DNA of 64,000 nt from Myxococcota bacterium (GTDB taxonomy: Bacteria > Myxococcota_A > UBA796 > CAJQPC01), in assembly GCA_036012755.1 (NCBI GenBank), contig DASCPX010000027.1, positions 32,001-96,000 of the forward strand. Reading direction: 5' to 3'. The first letter of the stretch is position 1, and every line of letters starts with the position of its first letter. Positions 38,488 to 47,583 of the stretch are shown piece by piece. Both the position numbers and the translations under genes were made by a program. The notes below the pieces were generated by a model that searched no databases, was not told where the DNA came from, and worked only from the letters and a program-made list of their open reading frames with translations.

Positions 38488-40913
38488 GCCTCGGACAGGG
38501 GCGCCCCCCCAAAACGGGAGATGACCTCGACGTGCCGTGACCCCTTGCCCGGCAGCTCCCGGACCACGCGCAACGCCAACTCGGTGTTGGCGCTCAGACA
38601 GCCGTCCACCAGCAGGCACTTCGCGTCCTGGGGGGCGCCCTCACACAGGCAGCTGTGCAGGCCTGAGAGCAAGTCGCCCAGGTCCTCCACCGGGCGATCG
38701 CCCACCGCGATGATCCGGTCTCCCGCAAGCAACGGCTCGGGAGCTTCCAGGACCACAGGGGCGATCTCCGTCCCCGTCACCTCCAGCACCACATCGGGCA
38801 ACGTCCAGGCGACGGACTGAGCCAGGTACGCGGGCACAATCCGTTTCGCGGTGGCGGCCTGTTGCTGTCGCGCAAAGGCGTAGACCCCCCCCATGAAAAT
38901 CAAGAGACCCACGAGGGCCAGCCATTTCCGGGGGCCCAGGCCCTTGCCACCCGAGATCCCTCGGCCGCCTGCCGAGGAGATCCAGACCAGCGCACAGGCG
39001 GCCAGTACCCAGCCCGCCACCATTCCCACGACGTCCGTGGACAACAACTCCGAGGCACGAAGAGCCGCCAACAACGCATCAGAGGGCATCTGGTCTTGCA
39101 GGATGTTGAAGATCCTCCGCTGATGGGCCACATGAACGCCCAACGCCGCACAGGTGGTCGCACCGATGCCGGCGACCCAGATCGTGGCCTTGGCACTCAC
39201 CGCGGACCGGTCGTCTGCTGGCGAAGGCACGGAGATCAGGGAATAGCACCCCGCCATGAACACCAGCACCAACAACACAAGGAAGGGTGCAGGCGCATCC
39301 TCGCGCAGCACGCCATCCGTGGCCCACAACAAGGTTCCAGCCCCCAGCGAAATTGCCGCAAGCGGCCCGATGCGATCGGGCGGACCCGGGCAGCGGGAGC
39401 GATGCACCAGGGTCGCTGCAGCCGCCGCGAACAGCAGAAGCAGTGTCCCCATGCCGTAGCCCGCACCCTCCGCCGAGAGTGCCACCCAGATCCCGACGGC
39501 CGTCAGCATTCCCTTGATCTCTGGCGCAGCCCCATCCACCCCCTCCTGGACATTCACGAAGCCCGCAGCCGAACCCACGAGTCCAGCGACGACCACGAGG
39601 CATGGAAAGAGAAGCCAGAAGGCGGGTCCCCTGGCCCTCCCCTCCCGCTGCCGAAGGGTCACACGCACCACCGAACCGACCGCCAGGATGGAAAACAGGA
39701 GGATCAGGAAAGCAAACGGCCCCAGCATCTGGAAGCTCCTGACCCCACCGGCCATCCAGACCATCACGCCCACCACCAGTGGCGTCGATGCCAGACAGGC
39801 GATGGGTCCGGCCCAGCGCAGCCCGCCCGGCCTGACAGGATCGGCCGTCGACTCGAAAGCGTCTTCGTAGAGCTTCAGTTCGACCCGGCAGGGCGCACAG
39901 CCCGCCAGGTGAGCCTCGATGGTGGCCTCTCCTCGACCCTCCAACAGGGTCTCCAGCGAGGGGTGATGCTCCGGCTCCAAAAGGCTGGGAGCCAGGGTCG
40001 AGACCTCCTCGTGCCCTTGCCAGGTCTGCACGGGGGACGGGGTCTCCTGCGGCGAGGCCGGGGACCAGGATCGGGAGGATGAAGACTGGCCTGTCCAGAC
40101 AACCTCCAGTGCCGAGCAGTCCTCGAATCGCTCCTCCCGGGCCGGGTTCAGCGACCCCTTGATGGCCAGGATCATCCGTTCCGGGGCCTGGCATGACGCC
40201 AGGTCGTCAACCCCGTACCGCCCTTCCTTGGTGGCCTGGAGGACCTCGACCAGGTCCTCTCCCTGAAACGCGCACTGGCCCGTCAGCATCTCGTAGAGCA
40301 TGGCGCCCAGGGCAAAGACATCCGTTCGCGCATCCACCGTCGATGCATCGACGATCTGCTCGGGAGCCATGTAGCCAGGGGTTCCCATGGTCAGGCCCGT
40401 CCGGGTCCGGGAAGGCATGCTGCTTTCCCCATGCAGGGCCTTGACCAGCCCAAAGTCCGCGACCTTGGCCATCGGAAAATCTCCGGCCATCGAGAGCAAC
40501 ACATTGGACGGCTTCAGATCCCGGTGAACGAGTCCATGCCCATGAGCAGCCCGCATGCCTGCCAGGATCTGTCGGGCCAGTTGATCGACCTCCTCGATGT
40601 CCAGGCGACGGCTGGCCAGGTGCTCGGCCAGGGTGGGGCCATCGACGAATTCGAGGACCAGCCCGGGGGAGCCGTCCACATCCACCAGGTCGGTGACGGT
40701 CAGGACGTTGGGGTGCTGCAATGAGCCCTGACTGCGACCTTCCAGCAAGAGCCGCTGTCGAAGGTCCGACGAGGCTGAGTTGACCACCTTGATGGCATGC
40801 ACGGTCCCCAATTCCGTGTGCCGGGCCCGGTACACGGTCGCCATGCCCCCCTGGCCAATGAGGGTCTCGATTCGGTAACGACCCCCCAGGAGGGCGCCGG
40901 ATGGTAGGGACAT
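38436..40913 (-). CDS. Membrane Ser/Thr kinase fused to ZAS zinc finger, multi-TM region and PDZ-like domain
   Basis: IGQGGMATVY, AIK, HRDLKPSN, DFG, GTPGYMAPE; HLAGCAPC; about 10 TM segments; LLAGDRIIAVGDRPV. Confidence 0.88.
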   Translation of the reverse strand: MSLPSGALLGGRYRIETLIGQGGMATVYRARHTELGTVHAIKVVNSASSDLRQRLLLEGRSQGSLQHPNVLTVTDLVDVDGSPGLVLEFVDGPTLAEHLASRRLDIEEVDQLARQILAGMRAAHGHGLVHRDLKPSNVLLSMAGDFPMAKVADFGLVKALHGESSMPSRTRTGLTMGTPGYMAPEQIVDASTVDARTDVFALGAMLYEMLTGQCAFQGEDLVEVLQATKEGRYGVDDLASCQAPERMILAIKGSLNPAREERFEDCSALEVVWTGQSSSSRSWSPASPQETPSPVQTWQGHEEVSTLAPSLLEPEHHPSLETLLEGRGEATIEAHLAGCAPCRVELKLYEDAFESTADPVRPGGLRWAGPIACLASTPLVVGVMVWMAGGVRSFQMLGPFAFLILLFSILAVGSVVRVTLRQREGRARGPAFWLLFPCLVVVAGLVGSAAGFVNVQEGVDGAAPEIKGMLTAVGIWVALSAEGAGYGMGTLLLLFAAAAATLVHRSRCPGPPDRIGPLAAISLGAGTLLWATDGVLREDAPAPFLVLLVLVFMAGCYSLISVPSPADDRSAVSAKATIWVAGIGATTCAALGVHVAHQRRIFNILQDQMPSDALLAALRASELLSTDVVGMVAGWVLAACALVWISSAGGRGISGGKGLGPRKWLALVGLLIFMGGVYAFARQQQAATAKRIVPAYLAQSVAWTLPDVVLEVTGTEIAPVVLEAPEPLLAGDRIIAVGDRPVEDLGDLLSGLHSCLCEGAPQDAKCLLVDGCLSANTELALRVVRELPGKGSRHVEVISRFGGAPLSEAQGSTGPPRNSSTSSGQ

Positions 40914-40977
40914 TTCGACGCGATTATGCCGCGGCCATCCCGACAAGGACAGCCGCGGCACAACCACACCGAGAGGT

Positions 40978-41322
40978 TCAGTCGCTGGAACGGACCTGGA
41001 GGACACCCCAGAGAATGGCGTTCAGTGCGCCCCAGAACGCCCCGGTGGTCGTGGCGGTTCGCGCGATGGTGGTGCCACGAATCCAGAGGCCTGCGCGGGC
41101 GGACTGTTCAGCCTGCTCGATGGCATTCATGGCCATGTACATGCCCTGCCCCTCTCCCACCACACCGACCAGGACGGCCGCCACCGCCAGGCCAATGGCC
41201 AATCCTGTCGTACGGCTCTTGCCGGACCGGAGAAGTGCGTACCCCTGCAGGATGAGCGCGGTGATTCCCAGAATCGTGGACAGGCCACCGAAAGGGCCGG
41301 CCATTGCAATGATCGTGAACAT
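40978..41322 (-). CDS. Small 3-TM membrane protein (mini MotA/TolQ/ExbB-like)
   Basis: GGAGA RBS; three hydrophobic helices with GP near the N-terminus and a GxxGxxxG motif. Confidence 0.6.
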   Translation of the reverse strand: MFTIIAMAGPFGGLSTILGITALILQGYALLRSGKSRTTGLAIGLAVAAVLVGVVGEGQGMYMAMNAIEQAEQSARAGLWIRGTTIARTATTTGAFWGALNAILWGVLQVRSSD

Positions 41323-41477
41323 CTGATTCTCCGTGTGTGTGTGGAAGGATCTGGGACAGGCACCGCCGGGTGGCTCTCCAAGGGGCGATGAGTTCGCCTC
41401 TCAACCCTTGCTTGTGTTGTCGCCACCAAAGATCACAGGCGACCCCAATTTTTCTTGTGATCGGTAGACTGAGCGAG

Positions 41478-42116
41478 ATGTCCTCCGACCGAAAAGGACG
41501 CCCAGGGGCTGCCACAGAAATGGGCATCGCCGCACGGGAACGGGCCGCTCGTGAAGAGGAGCGACCACGCAGCCCCAGCCTTGTCCAGGATCTCGATCGG
41601 CTCTTCGAGAGCAATCGATCCCAGGTCCAGCGCCTCTGCATGCGGCTCACGGGCAGTTCGGAGCGGGCCGAGGAACTCGTTCAGGAAACACTGGTGGTCG
41701 CCTACACCAAGCTCCCGGAGTTTCACGGGGCAGCGCGGTTCAGCACCTGGATCTATGGCATCGCCCGCAACCTGGGCCTCAACGCCATCCGAAAGCGACA
41801 AGAGGTCCTTTCAGAAGACGGGGTGCTCGAGACGGAGGAACCCGCTGCGGACGCCCTGCGCCTGCTGCGGAGGGAGGAACGACAGCGCCTTCTCCGGGTC
41901 GCCTCCGAGGCGTCACTCGATCCAGGGGAACAGGAGGCTGTTCACATGCGCTACGTCCTGGAGCTTCCCCTGGACCGCATCGAGGCGGTGCTGGGAATCG
42001 GGTCCGGAGAGGCGCGAGTGCTGCTCCAGCGCAGCAAGCGCAAGCTAGGCCGCGAATTGCGGAGCCAGCTGGCACAACTCGGCCAGGGACCGTCCCTGTT
42101 TCACAGTCAGAGCTGA
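41478..42116 (+). CDS. ECF RNA polymerase sigma factor
   Basis: AEELVQET..AY.KL..F.G.ARFSTWIYGIARN (region 2); region 4 HTH IEAVLGIGSGEARVLLQR; start uncertain. Confidence 0.88.
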   Translation: MSSDRKGRPGAATEMGIAARERAAREEERPRSPSLVQDLDRLFESNRSQVQRLCMRLTGSSERAEELVQETLVVAYTKLPEFHGAARFSTWIYGIARNLGLNAIRKRQEVLSEDGVLETEEPAADALRLLRREERQRLLRVASEASLDPGEQEAVHMRYVLELPLDRIEAVLGIGSGEARVLLQRSKRKLGRELRSQLAQLGQGPSLFHSQS

Positions 42117-42223
42117 AGCCCCGCACTGCGCCGGGTGAGCACCTCCAGGTCCAAGGCCAGGCCCCCATCAACCCCCAGGCGGAAAGCGGAGAGGACTCAA
42201 CTCCGAGGCCGTTCTGAGAGCCG

Positions 42224-43246
42224 CTACCAGGCCCCGATGACCCCGGGCCAGGCGAGATCGACCGCGAGTCCGAGACCGATCTCCCCTGGCGCCTCGTAGG
42301 TGACCAGCCACCGCAGCGCGCTGCCCCCGAACTCGAGGCGCGCCTGGGCTGCCGGCGCGACCTGTGGAAGGCCAGGCACCAGGCGAATGGCATCGGTCTC
42401 CACGCTCCCGGCGAGCAGCCCGGTGACGACAGCTCCACCCCCGACGTCGAGGCTGGTCGACCACTTGCCGCGGCCGACGCGGACCCGCCCGGAGAGGAAG
42501 GCGCTGCTCATGACGTACCGGCTCTCTCCTCGGGAGACCGCCTGCCAGCGCTGGCCGACGGGGATGTCCACTCCGGCACTGAGGACCAGCGAGTCCCTCA
42601 GGCCCAGGTTGCCGTAGATCCCGACCGAGGTCGCCGTGGCGAGCGAGGTCGGTAGCTGCAGCTCCAGACCCAGTCCGTACTGACCACCGGCGGTGCGGCG
42701 CTCGGGCTCGTCGACGAGCGCGGCCAACAGCGCGCTCGGCACGACGAAGCCGATGTTGTCGGCGCGGAGCTTGCGTGAGGCGATGCCCACCACCCTGCCC
42801 TGCTCGTCCACGATCGGACCGCCGCTGTTTCCCGGGTTCAGCGCTGCATCGACCTGCACGAGGCGCGGCCCCACGGCGGACACGATGCCCTTGCTGACGG
42901 ACCACTCGAGCGTGCCCTCGTATGCCTTGCCCTCCCCCGCCGTGGCGAAGGGATGGCCGATGGCCCAGATGTCCTCGCCGGTGACCGCTTCGGTGGCCCG
43001 AACCTCGAGCCACGGTCGACCGGCGAGCTCCGGGACGCGGATCAACGCCAGGTCGTTCTTCGGGTCGGAGGCCACTGTGCGGCCGACAGCGACGAAGCCG
43101 TCGTGGGTTCGGACCTCTGGCCGACGTCCGCTCGCGACGCAGTGGTAGGCCGTGGCGACCGTGCCCTGGTCGTCGACGAGGACCCCCGCACAGATTCCAG
43201 GACCGGTCGTGAGGAACACGACGCTCGCGAGGGCCTGCTCCAGCAT
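42224..43246 (-). CDS. Trypsin-like (S1C) serine protease with beta-rich C-terminal domain
   Basis: TAYHCV, NDLAL, AIGHPF, DAALNPGNSGGP. Confidence 0.88.
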   Translation of the reverse strand: MLEQALASVVFLTTGPGICAGVLVDDQGTVATAYHCVASGRRPEVRTHDGFVAVGRTVASDPKNDLALIRVPELAGRPWLEVRATEAVTGEDIWAIGHPFATAGEGKAYEGTLEWSVSKGIVSAVGPRLVQVDAALNPGNSGGPIVDEQGRVVGIASRKLRADNIGFVVPSALLAALVDEPERRTAGGQYGLGLELQLPTSLATATSVGIYGNLGLRDSLVLSAGVDIPVGQRWQAVSRGESRYVMSSAFLSGRVRVGRGKWSTSLDVGGGAVVTGLLAGSVETDAIRLVPGLPQVAPAAQARLEFGGSALRWLVTYEAPGEIGLGLAVDLAWPGVIGAW

Positions 43247-43281
43247 GGCGGACAGGGTATCGGTGGTGACCTGGAGGCGCC

Positions 43282-45633
43282 ATGACCCTGCTCTTGTCCC
43301 TGGCCTGCAATGGCCCGGACACCGACACCCCGGTTCTGGACGACAGCGCCAGCGACGACACATCGACGCCGCTTGGCGACGAGCTCATCACCCATGGACC
43401 GCAGCTCCCTGACTGCAGCCCCACAACCGTGGACGGTGGCCGCGTTGCGCTCTCCGGTGTCGTGCTCACCCCGACGGGCCCCGTCGCGGGGCACGTTGTC
43501 TACGCCGACGGCGAGATCCTCTGCGCCGGCGACTGCGACGTCGACGCCGCCTCGGTCGTCTGCACCGAAGGGGTGATCAGTCCCGGGCTGATCAACGCCC
43601 ACGACCACATGCAGTACAACAGCCTGCCCCCGTGGCAGGTCGAGGCCCGCTTCGAGGACCGCTACGAGTGGCGGAGCGACGGCGACTACTGGGACTACCG
43701 GACGGCATACGACGCCATCAACGGCAGCTACTCCTGCGAGATCATGCGCTTCTCGGAGACGCGAAATCTCATCGCCGGGACAACGGCTGTCGTCGGCAGC
43801 TATGGCAACGACTGCATCCACGGCGGTATCCGGAACCTCGACGAGGAGGAGGAGGCCCACGGGCTCGATGGCTGGGCGATGTCCTACTCGGCTCGCACGG
43901 TCACCGATCTCGACGATGACGACGGCGCCTACCTCGCCAGCGAGCTCGCCAGCGGAGATCTCGAGTGCGCGCTGGACCACGTCAGCGAGGGTGTGGGTGG
44001 CAGCGTCCGGGCAGAAGCCGAGCACATGCTCGCGATCGGAGCAGCCGGAGAGGGCTTCGGTTGGGTCCACTCCACCGACGCCGACACCGCCCTGTTGGCC
44101 CAGATGGCCCAGAGCGGCACGGCGATGATCTGGTCGCCGCGGTCGAACCTGGCGCTCTACGGGGCGACCTCGCGCGCGACGGTCGCCAGGACCCTCGGCG
44201 TGCCCATCGCCGTCGGGCCGGACTGGACCCCGAGCGGCTCGATGACGCCTCGGGCCGAGCTGGCATGCGTCGACACCTGGCTGAGCTCCACCGGCGCTCC
44301 CGTGCCAGACCACGTCGTCTGGAGCTGGGCCACCTCGGAGGCCTCGGAGGTCCTGGGTCTCCAGGGGCGCCTGGGTCGACTCGAGCCCGGTTACCGCGCC
44401 GATCTCTTCGTCGTCGCCTGGTCGGAGACCCCGTACCGGGCCGTGCTCGATGCGCCAGAGGACGACATCAGGCTGGTCCTGGTCGACGGGGACGCGCTCT
44501 TTGGACTCCGAGACTACGTCGAGCCGCTGTCCTCTGTGGCGGACTGGTGCGAGGAGCTCGACGTCTGCGGCCAGAGTCGCTCGGTGTGCCTGAAGCGGGA
44601 CGAGGCCGACGACGGCCTCGCAGAGGTGCAGGCCGCACTCGAGGCAGCGCTGTCGGTCGTGCAGATGCCCGAGCAGGAGCTGGACTACGCGAAGGAGCTC
44701 TTGCCCCTCACCTCCTGCGAGGATCTGCGAGACGCTTGCGACCTCGCCGTCGTGGTGGAGGGAGACGCCGACGGCGATGGCATCGCGGACGAAAGCGACC
44801 TCTGCCGCGATGTCTATGACCCGGAGCAGGAGGACTTCGACGGCGACGGCATTGGTGATACCTGCGACGTGTGCCCGCTGGTGCCCGAGAGCGAGGACTG
44901 CAGACACGCCCCAGAGGACATCGATGACGACAACGCGATGGCCGATGACGACAACTGCCCGGTCCACTACAACCCGGCACAGGAGGACACCGACGAAGAC
45001 GGTGTCGGCGACGCCTGCGACAGCTGCCCTGAGTCGGCGAACCAGGACGGCGCCTGCCCGGTCAGCGTCGATGTCATCGCCGACGAGGGCCACCCGGAGC
45101 ACCCGGACGAGTACGACCTCGTTGCGCTCAGTGGCCTGGTGGTCACCGGCGTCAATGAAGGCGGCGGCTACTTCGCCCAGGATCCGGACCTGAGCGAGTA
45201 CGCGGGTGTCTATGTCTACGATGGTGGCAGCGCGACGGTCGCCGTCGGCGAGATGGTCGATGTCACCGGGACCTACCAGGAGTACTACGGGCTCGTGGAG
45301 ATCAGCTCTCCGACCACGACCACGACCGGGAGCGGCACCATCGAGCCGCTCGAGATGGACCCCTGCGAGCTGGGAACCGACGGAGCTGACAGCGAGAAGT
45401 ACGAGGCGATGCTGGTCACGGTCGCAGATCTCACCGTCACCGACGACAACCCGGACGAAGAGGACTACGGCGCCTTCGTTGTGAACGACTGCCTCTGGGT
45501 CACGGACTCGCTGTTCGATGACTACGACAGGCACCCGTCTGTCGGGACCACCTTCGAGAGGATCACCGGGCCGATGACCTACTCCTACTCACAGCGCCGC
45601 ATCCTCCCGCGCTCCGCCGAGGATCTCCAATGA
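43282..45633 (+). CDS. Amidohydrolase-family lipoprotein with thrombospondin type-3 repeats and OB-fold-like C-terminal domains
   Basis: PGLINAHDH, HVSEG, WSPRSNL.LYG, GPDW, G.LEPG..ADL; DxDGDGIGDxCD repeats; EKYEAMLV. Confidence 0.85.
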   Translation: MTLLLSLACNGPDTDTPVLDDSASDDTSTPLGDELITHGPQLPDCSPTTVDGGRVALSGVVLTPTGPVAGHVVYADGEILCAGDCDVDAASVVCTEGVISPGLINAHDHMQYNSLPPWQVEARFEDRYEWRSDGDYWDYRTAYDAINGSYSCEIMRFSETRNLIAGTTAVVGSYGNDCIHGGIRNLDEEEEAHGLDGWAMSYSARTVTDLDDDDGAYLASELASGDLECALDHVSEGVGGSVRAEAEHMLAIGAAGEGFGWVHSTDADTALLAQMAQSGTAMIWSPRSNLALYGATSRATVARTLGVPIAVGPDWTPSGSMTPRAELACVDTWLSSTGAPVPDHVVWSWATSEASEVLGLQGRLGRLEPGYRADLFVVAWSETPYRAVLDAPEDDIRLVLVDGDALFGLRDYVEPLSSVADWCEELDVCGQSRSVCLKRDEADDGLAEVQAALEAALSVVQMPEQELDYAKELLPLTSCEDLRDACDLAVVVEGDADGDGIADESDLCRDVYDPEQEDFDGDGIGDTCDVCPLVPESEDCRHAPEDIDDDNAMADDDNCPVHYNPAQEDTDEDGVGDACDSCPESANQDGACPVSVDVIADEGHPEHPDEYDLVALSGLVVTGVNEGGGYFAQDPDLSEYAGVYVYDGGSATVAVGEMVDVTGTYQEYYGLVEISSPTTTTTGSGTIEPLEMDPCELGTDGADSEKYEAMLVTVADLTVTDDNPDEEDYGAFVVNDCLWVTDSLFDDYDRHPSVGTTFERITGPMTYSYSQRRILPRSAEDLQ

Positions 45634-46385
45634 TCTGGCTGTTGTGGGCATGCACCGGCGAGCTCGACGAGCCCGTCACCAGCCTCCCGAACGAGGACCC
45701 GCTCGAGCCCGCCGTCGTCCCGGACGGGGGCGAGCCTCTCGAGGAGATCGCTGCATCGCACATCCTCGTCAAGTACGAGGGCGCCTCTGGGTCCGTCGGC
45801 ATCACCCGCTCCCGTGGGCAAGCCTTGGAGATGATCGAGGAGGCCCGCGCGCGGATTGTCGCTGGCGAGGACTTCAGGGTGGTCGCCTCGGAGGTCAGCA
45901 ACGACAGCAGCTCCGTCCGGGGGGGCTGGATCGGCGTCGGGGACTACTCCACCTGGGTCCCCGAGTTCTCCGACGTCGCCTTCGCGCTCGAGGTCGGCGA
46001 GCTGAGCGCGGTGGTCGAGACGCCCTTCGGCTTCCACATCATCCGGAGGGAGCCGCGCGATCCCGTGGCGCTCAAGCACATCGTCATCCGCCATGGGGGC
46101 TCCCCCGGTTCAAGCGACGCAGAGGTCAGCGCACGGACTCGGGGGGACGCCCGCGCGTTGGCGAACCAGGCGCGAGAGCGTGTCCATGGTGGCGAGGACT
46201 TCGAAGAGGTCGCCAAGGATCTCTCGGATGGAACCTACGGGCCACGGGGTGGGGACCTCGGCGAGTTCCTCGGCGGCCAGCTGGGCGTCGAGTTCGACGA
46301 GGCGGTCGACGAGCTGGAGCCGGGCGAGCTCAGCGAGGTCTTCGAGACCCGCCACGGCTACCACGTCATCCTTCGCTACGAGTGA
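45630..46385 (+). CDS. Tandem parvulin-type peptidyl-prolyl isomerase, probable lipoprotein
   Basis: ASHILV, ETPFGFHII, KHIVI, GGDLG, ETRHGYHVI. Confidence 0.92.
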   Translation: MIWLLWACTGELDEPVTSLPNEDPLEPAVVPDGGEPLEEIAASHILVKYEGASGSVGITRSRGQALEMIEEARARIVAGEDFRVVASEVSNDSSSVRGGWIGVGDYSTWVPEFSDVAFALEVGELSAVVETPFGFHIIRREPRDPVALKHIVIRHGGSPGSSDAEVSARTRGDARALANQARERVHGGEDFEEVAKDLSDGTYGPRGGDLGEFLGGQLGVEFDEAVDELEPGELSEVFETRHGYHVILRYE

Positions 46386-46795
46386 TCCTCACGCTCGCCT
46401 GTACGACCTCTGCCCCGGCGCTCTGCCTGCCGGAGGAGTGCGTGCTCTTCGAGGCTCGCGAGCTCGCCAAGGCCGGGTCGAGGCAAGAGGCCAAGGCGCT
46501 CTGCGGCACCCTCGAGGGGATCTGGGAGGACGAGTGCTGGTTCCTCGTGTCCGACACACTGGACCTGGTGGGCGAAGAGGCCTTCGCGACCTGCCGGATG
46601 GCGCGCTCCTTCGAGCGTCACTGTCTCGGTCACGCGCTGACCCGCCAGGCCGAGATCCTCATGGCCGAGCCGGGGAACGAGGCCGCGGCACTGCGAATCC
46701 TCACCGATGGCTTCGCGAGGCACTATCCCCTCCCTCGCGCCAAAGCCGAGGCCCAGCACCTCGTCGACGCGGAACTCTCCCGGCGGGACGACTGA
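46382..46795 (+). CDS. Hypothetical Cys-rich lipoprotein
   Basis: GTGA-coupled start; MILTLA-C; C..L...W.DECWF pattern. Confidence 0.6.
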   Translation: MILTLACTTSAPALCLPEECVLFEARELAKAGSRQEAKALCGTLEGIWEDECWFLVSDTLDLVGEEAFATCRMARSFERHCLGHALTRQAEILMAEPGNEAAALRILTDGFARHYPLPRAKAEAQHLVDAELSRRDD

Positions 46796-46807
46796 GGGCC
46801 TGCTGGC

Positions 46808-47356
46808 TCAGAGGCAGCCGTCGATGGCGTCGCGTAGAGCCGCGTCCTTGGCCTCGATGTCCCGTGTGCAGACCCGGAGGTCCGGGTACAGGACCATGAT
46901 CTGGGGAAATGACTGGTCAGGGCTGGCACCCAGCCACCACTCCACCTGGTCGCCGATCACGGGCGCCGAGATGCCGAACTCGTCCGCCCAGAACTGGAGG
47001 TCGTCTACCTCGGGAGGCTGGCCGTCCAGGTCCTGGGCCAGCACCGTGACGTACATCACGTCGTCATCGGCGTAGACCTCGTAGGTCTCTTGCGTGGTTC
47101 GAGCGAGCTCCTGGCACGGCCCACACCAGATCGTCGAGATGTCGACGACCGTGACGAGCCCGTAGAACTGCCAGAGGCTGACGTCGTCGCCGTATTGGTC
47201 GGGGCCGACCAGCTCGGGGATGATCTCTCCGACTCCAAAGCCCTCCCCGACTGTCTCCACGGGCACCTCGCCGGCCGGCCAGCCGTTCGCTGGCGCAATC
47301 CAGACCTCAGCGTCGCTGTAGAGGTGGGGGACACAAGCAAGGACCAGAGAAACCAC
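46808..47356 (-). CDS. TlpA-like thioredoxin/redoxin lipoprotein
   Basis: DQYGDDVSLWQFYG..VVDISTIWCGPC, cis-Pro motif SFP; start inferred. Confidence 0.8.
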   Translation of the reverse strand: MVSLVLACVPHLYSDAEVWIAPANGWPAGEVPVETVGEGFGVGEIIPELVGPDQYGDDVSLWQFYGLVTVVDISTIWCGPCQELARTTQETYEVYADDDVMYVTVLAQDLDGQPPEVDDLQFWADEFGISAPVIGDQVEWWLGASPDQSFPQIMVLYPDLRVCTRDIEAKDAALRDAIDGCL

Positions 47357-47396
47357 GATGCGCTGAGGGTATCTCCCCCTCACACCGCTCGCAGGA

Positions 47397-47502
47397 GGGA
47401 CCCGCAGGATGCGATTGACGAGGGACGCGCTGATCGCCCTTCGCTGCCACGGTGAGAGCCCGGCAGTGGCGGTTCGACGCACCTTCTCGGAGTGCGGGTC
47501 CC
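47397..47502. ncRNA. Candidate structured intergenic RNA element (unclassified)
   Basis: Perfect 10-bp inverted repeat gggacccgca/tgcgggtccc enclosing further potential stems. Confidence 0.35.
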
Positions 47503-47583
47503 CAGAACGGTGTCTCGAGCGCGTCCTCTACTGAGTCGTGTATGATGAAGGCCCAAAACTGAGTTGAAAATTTTTCGGGATGG

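Noticed and set aside
47430..47505. tRNA, SRP RNA, or cobalamin/glycine riboswitch call for the intergenic structure
   Set aside because: Only fragments match (GTTCGA, GCCACTG, CTCTCA); no cloverleaf or full consensus could be built.
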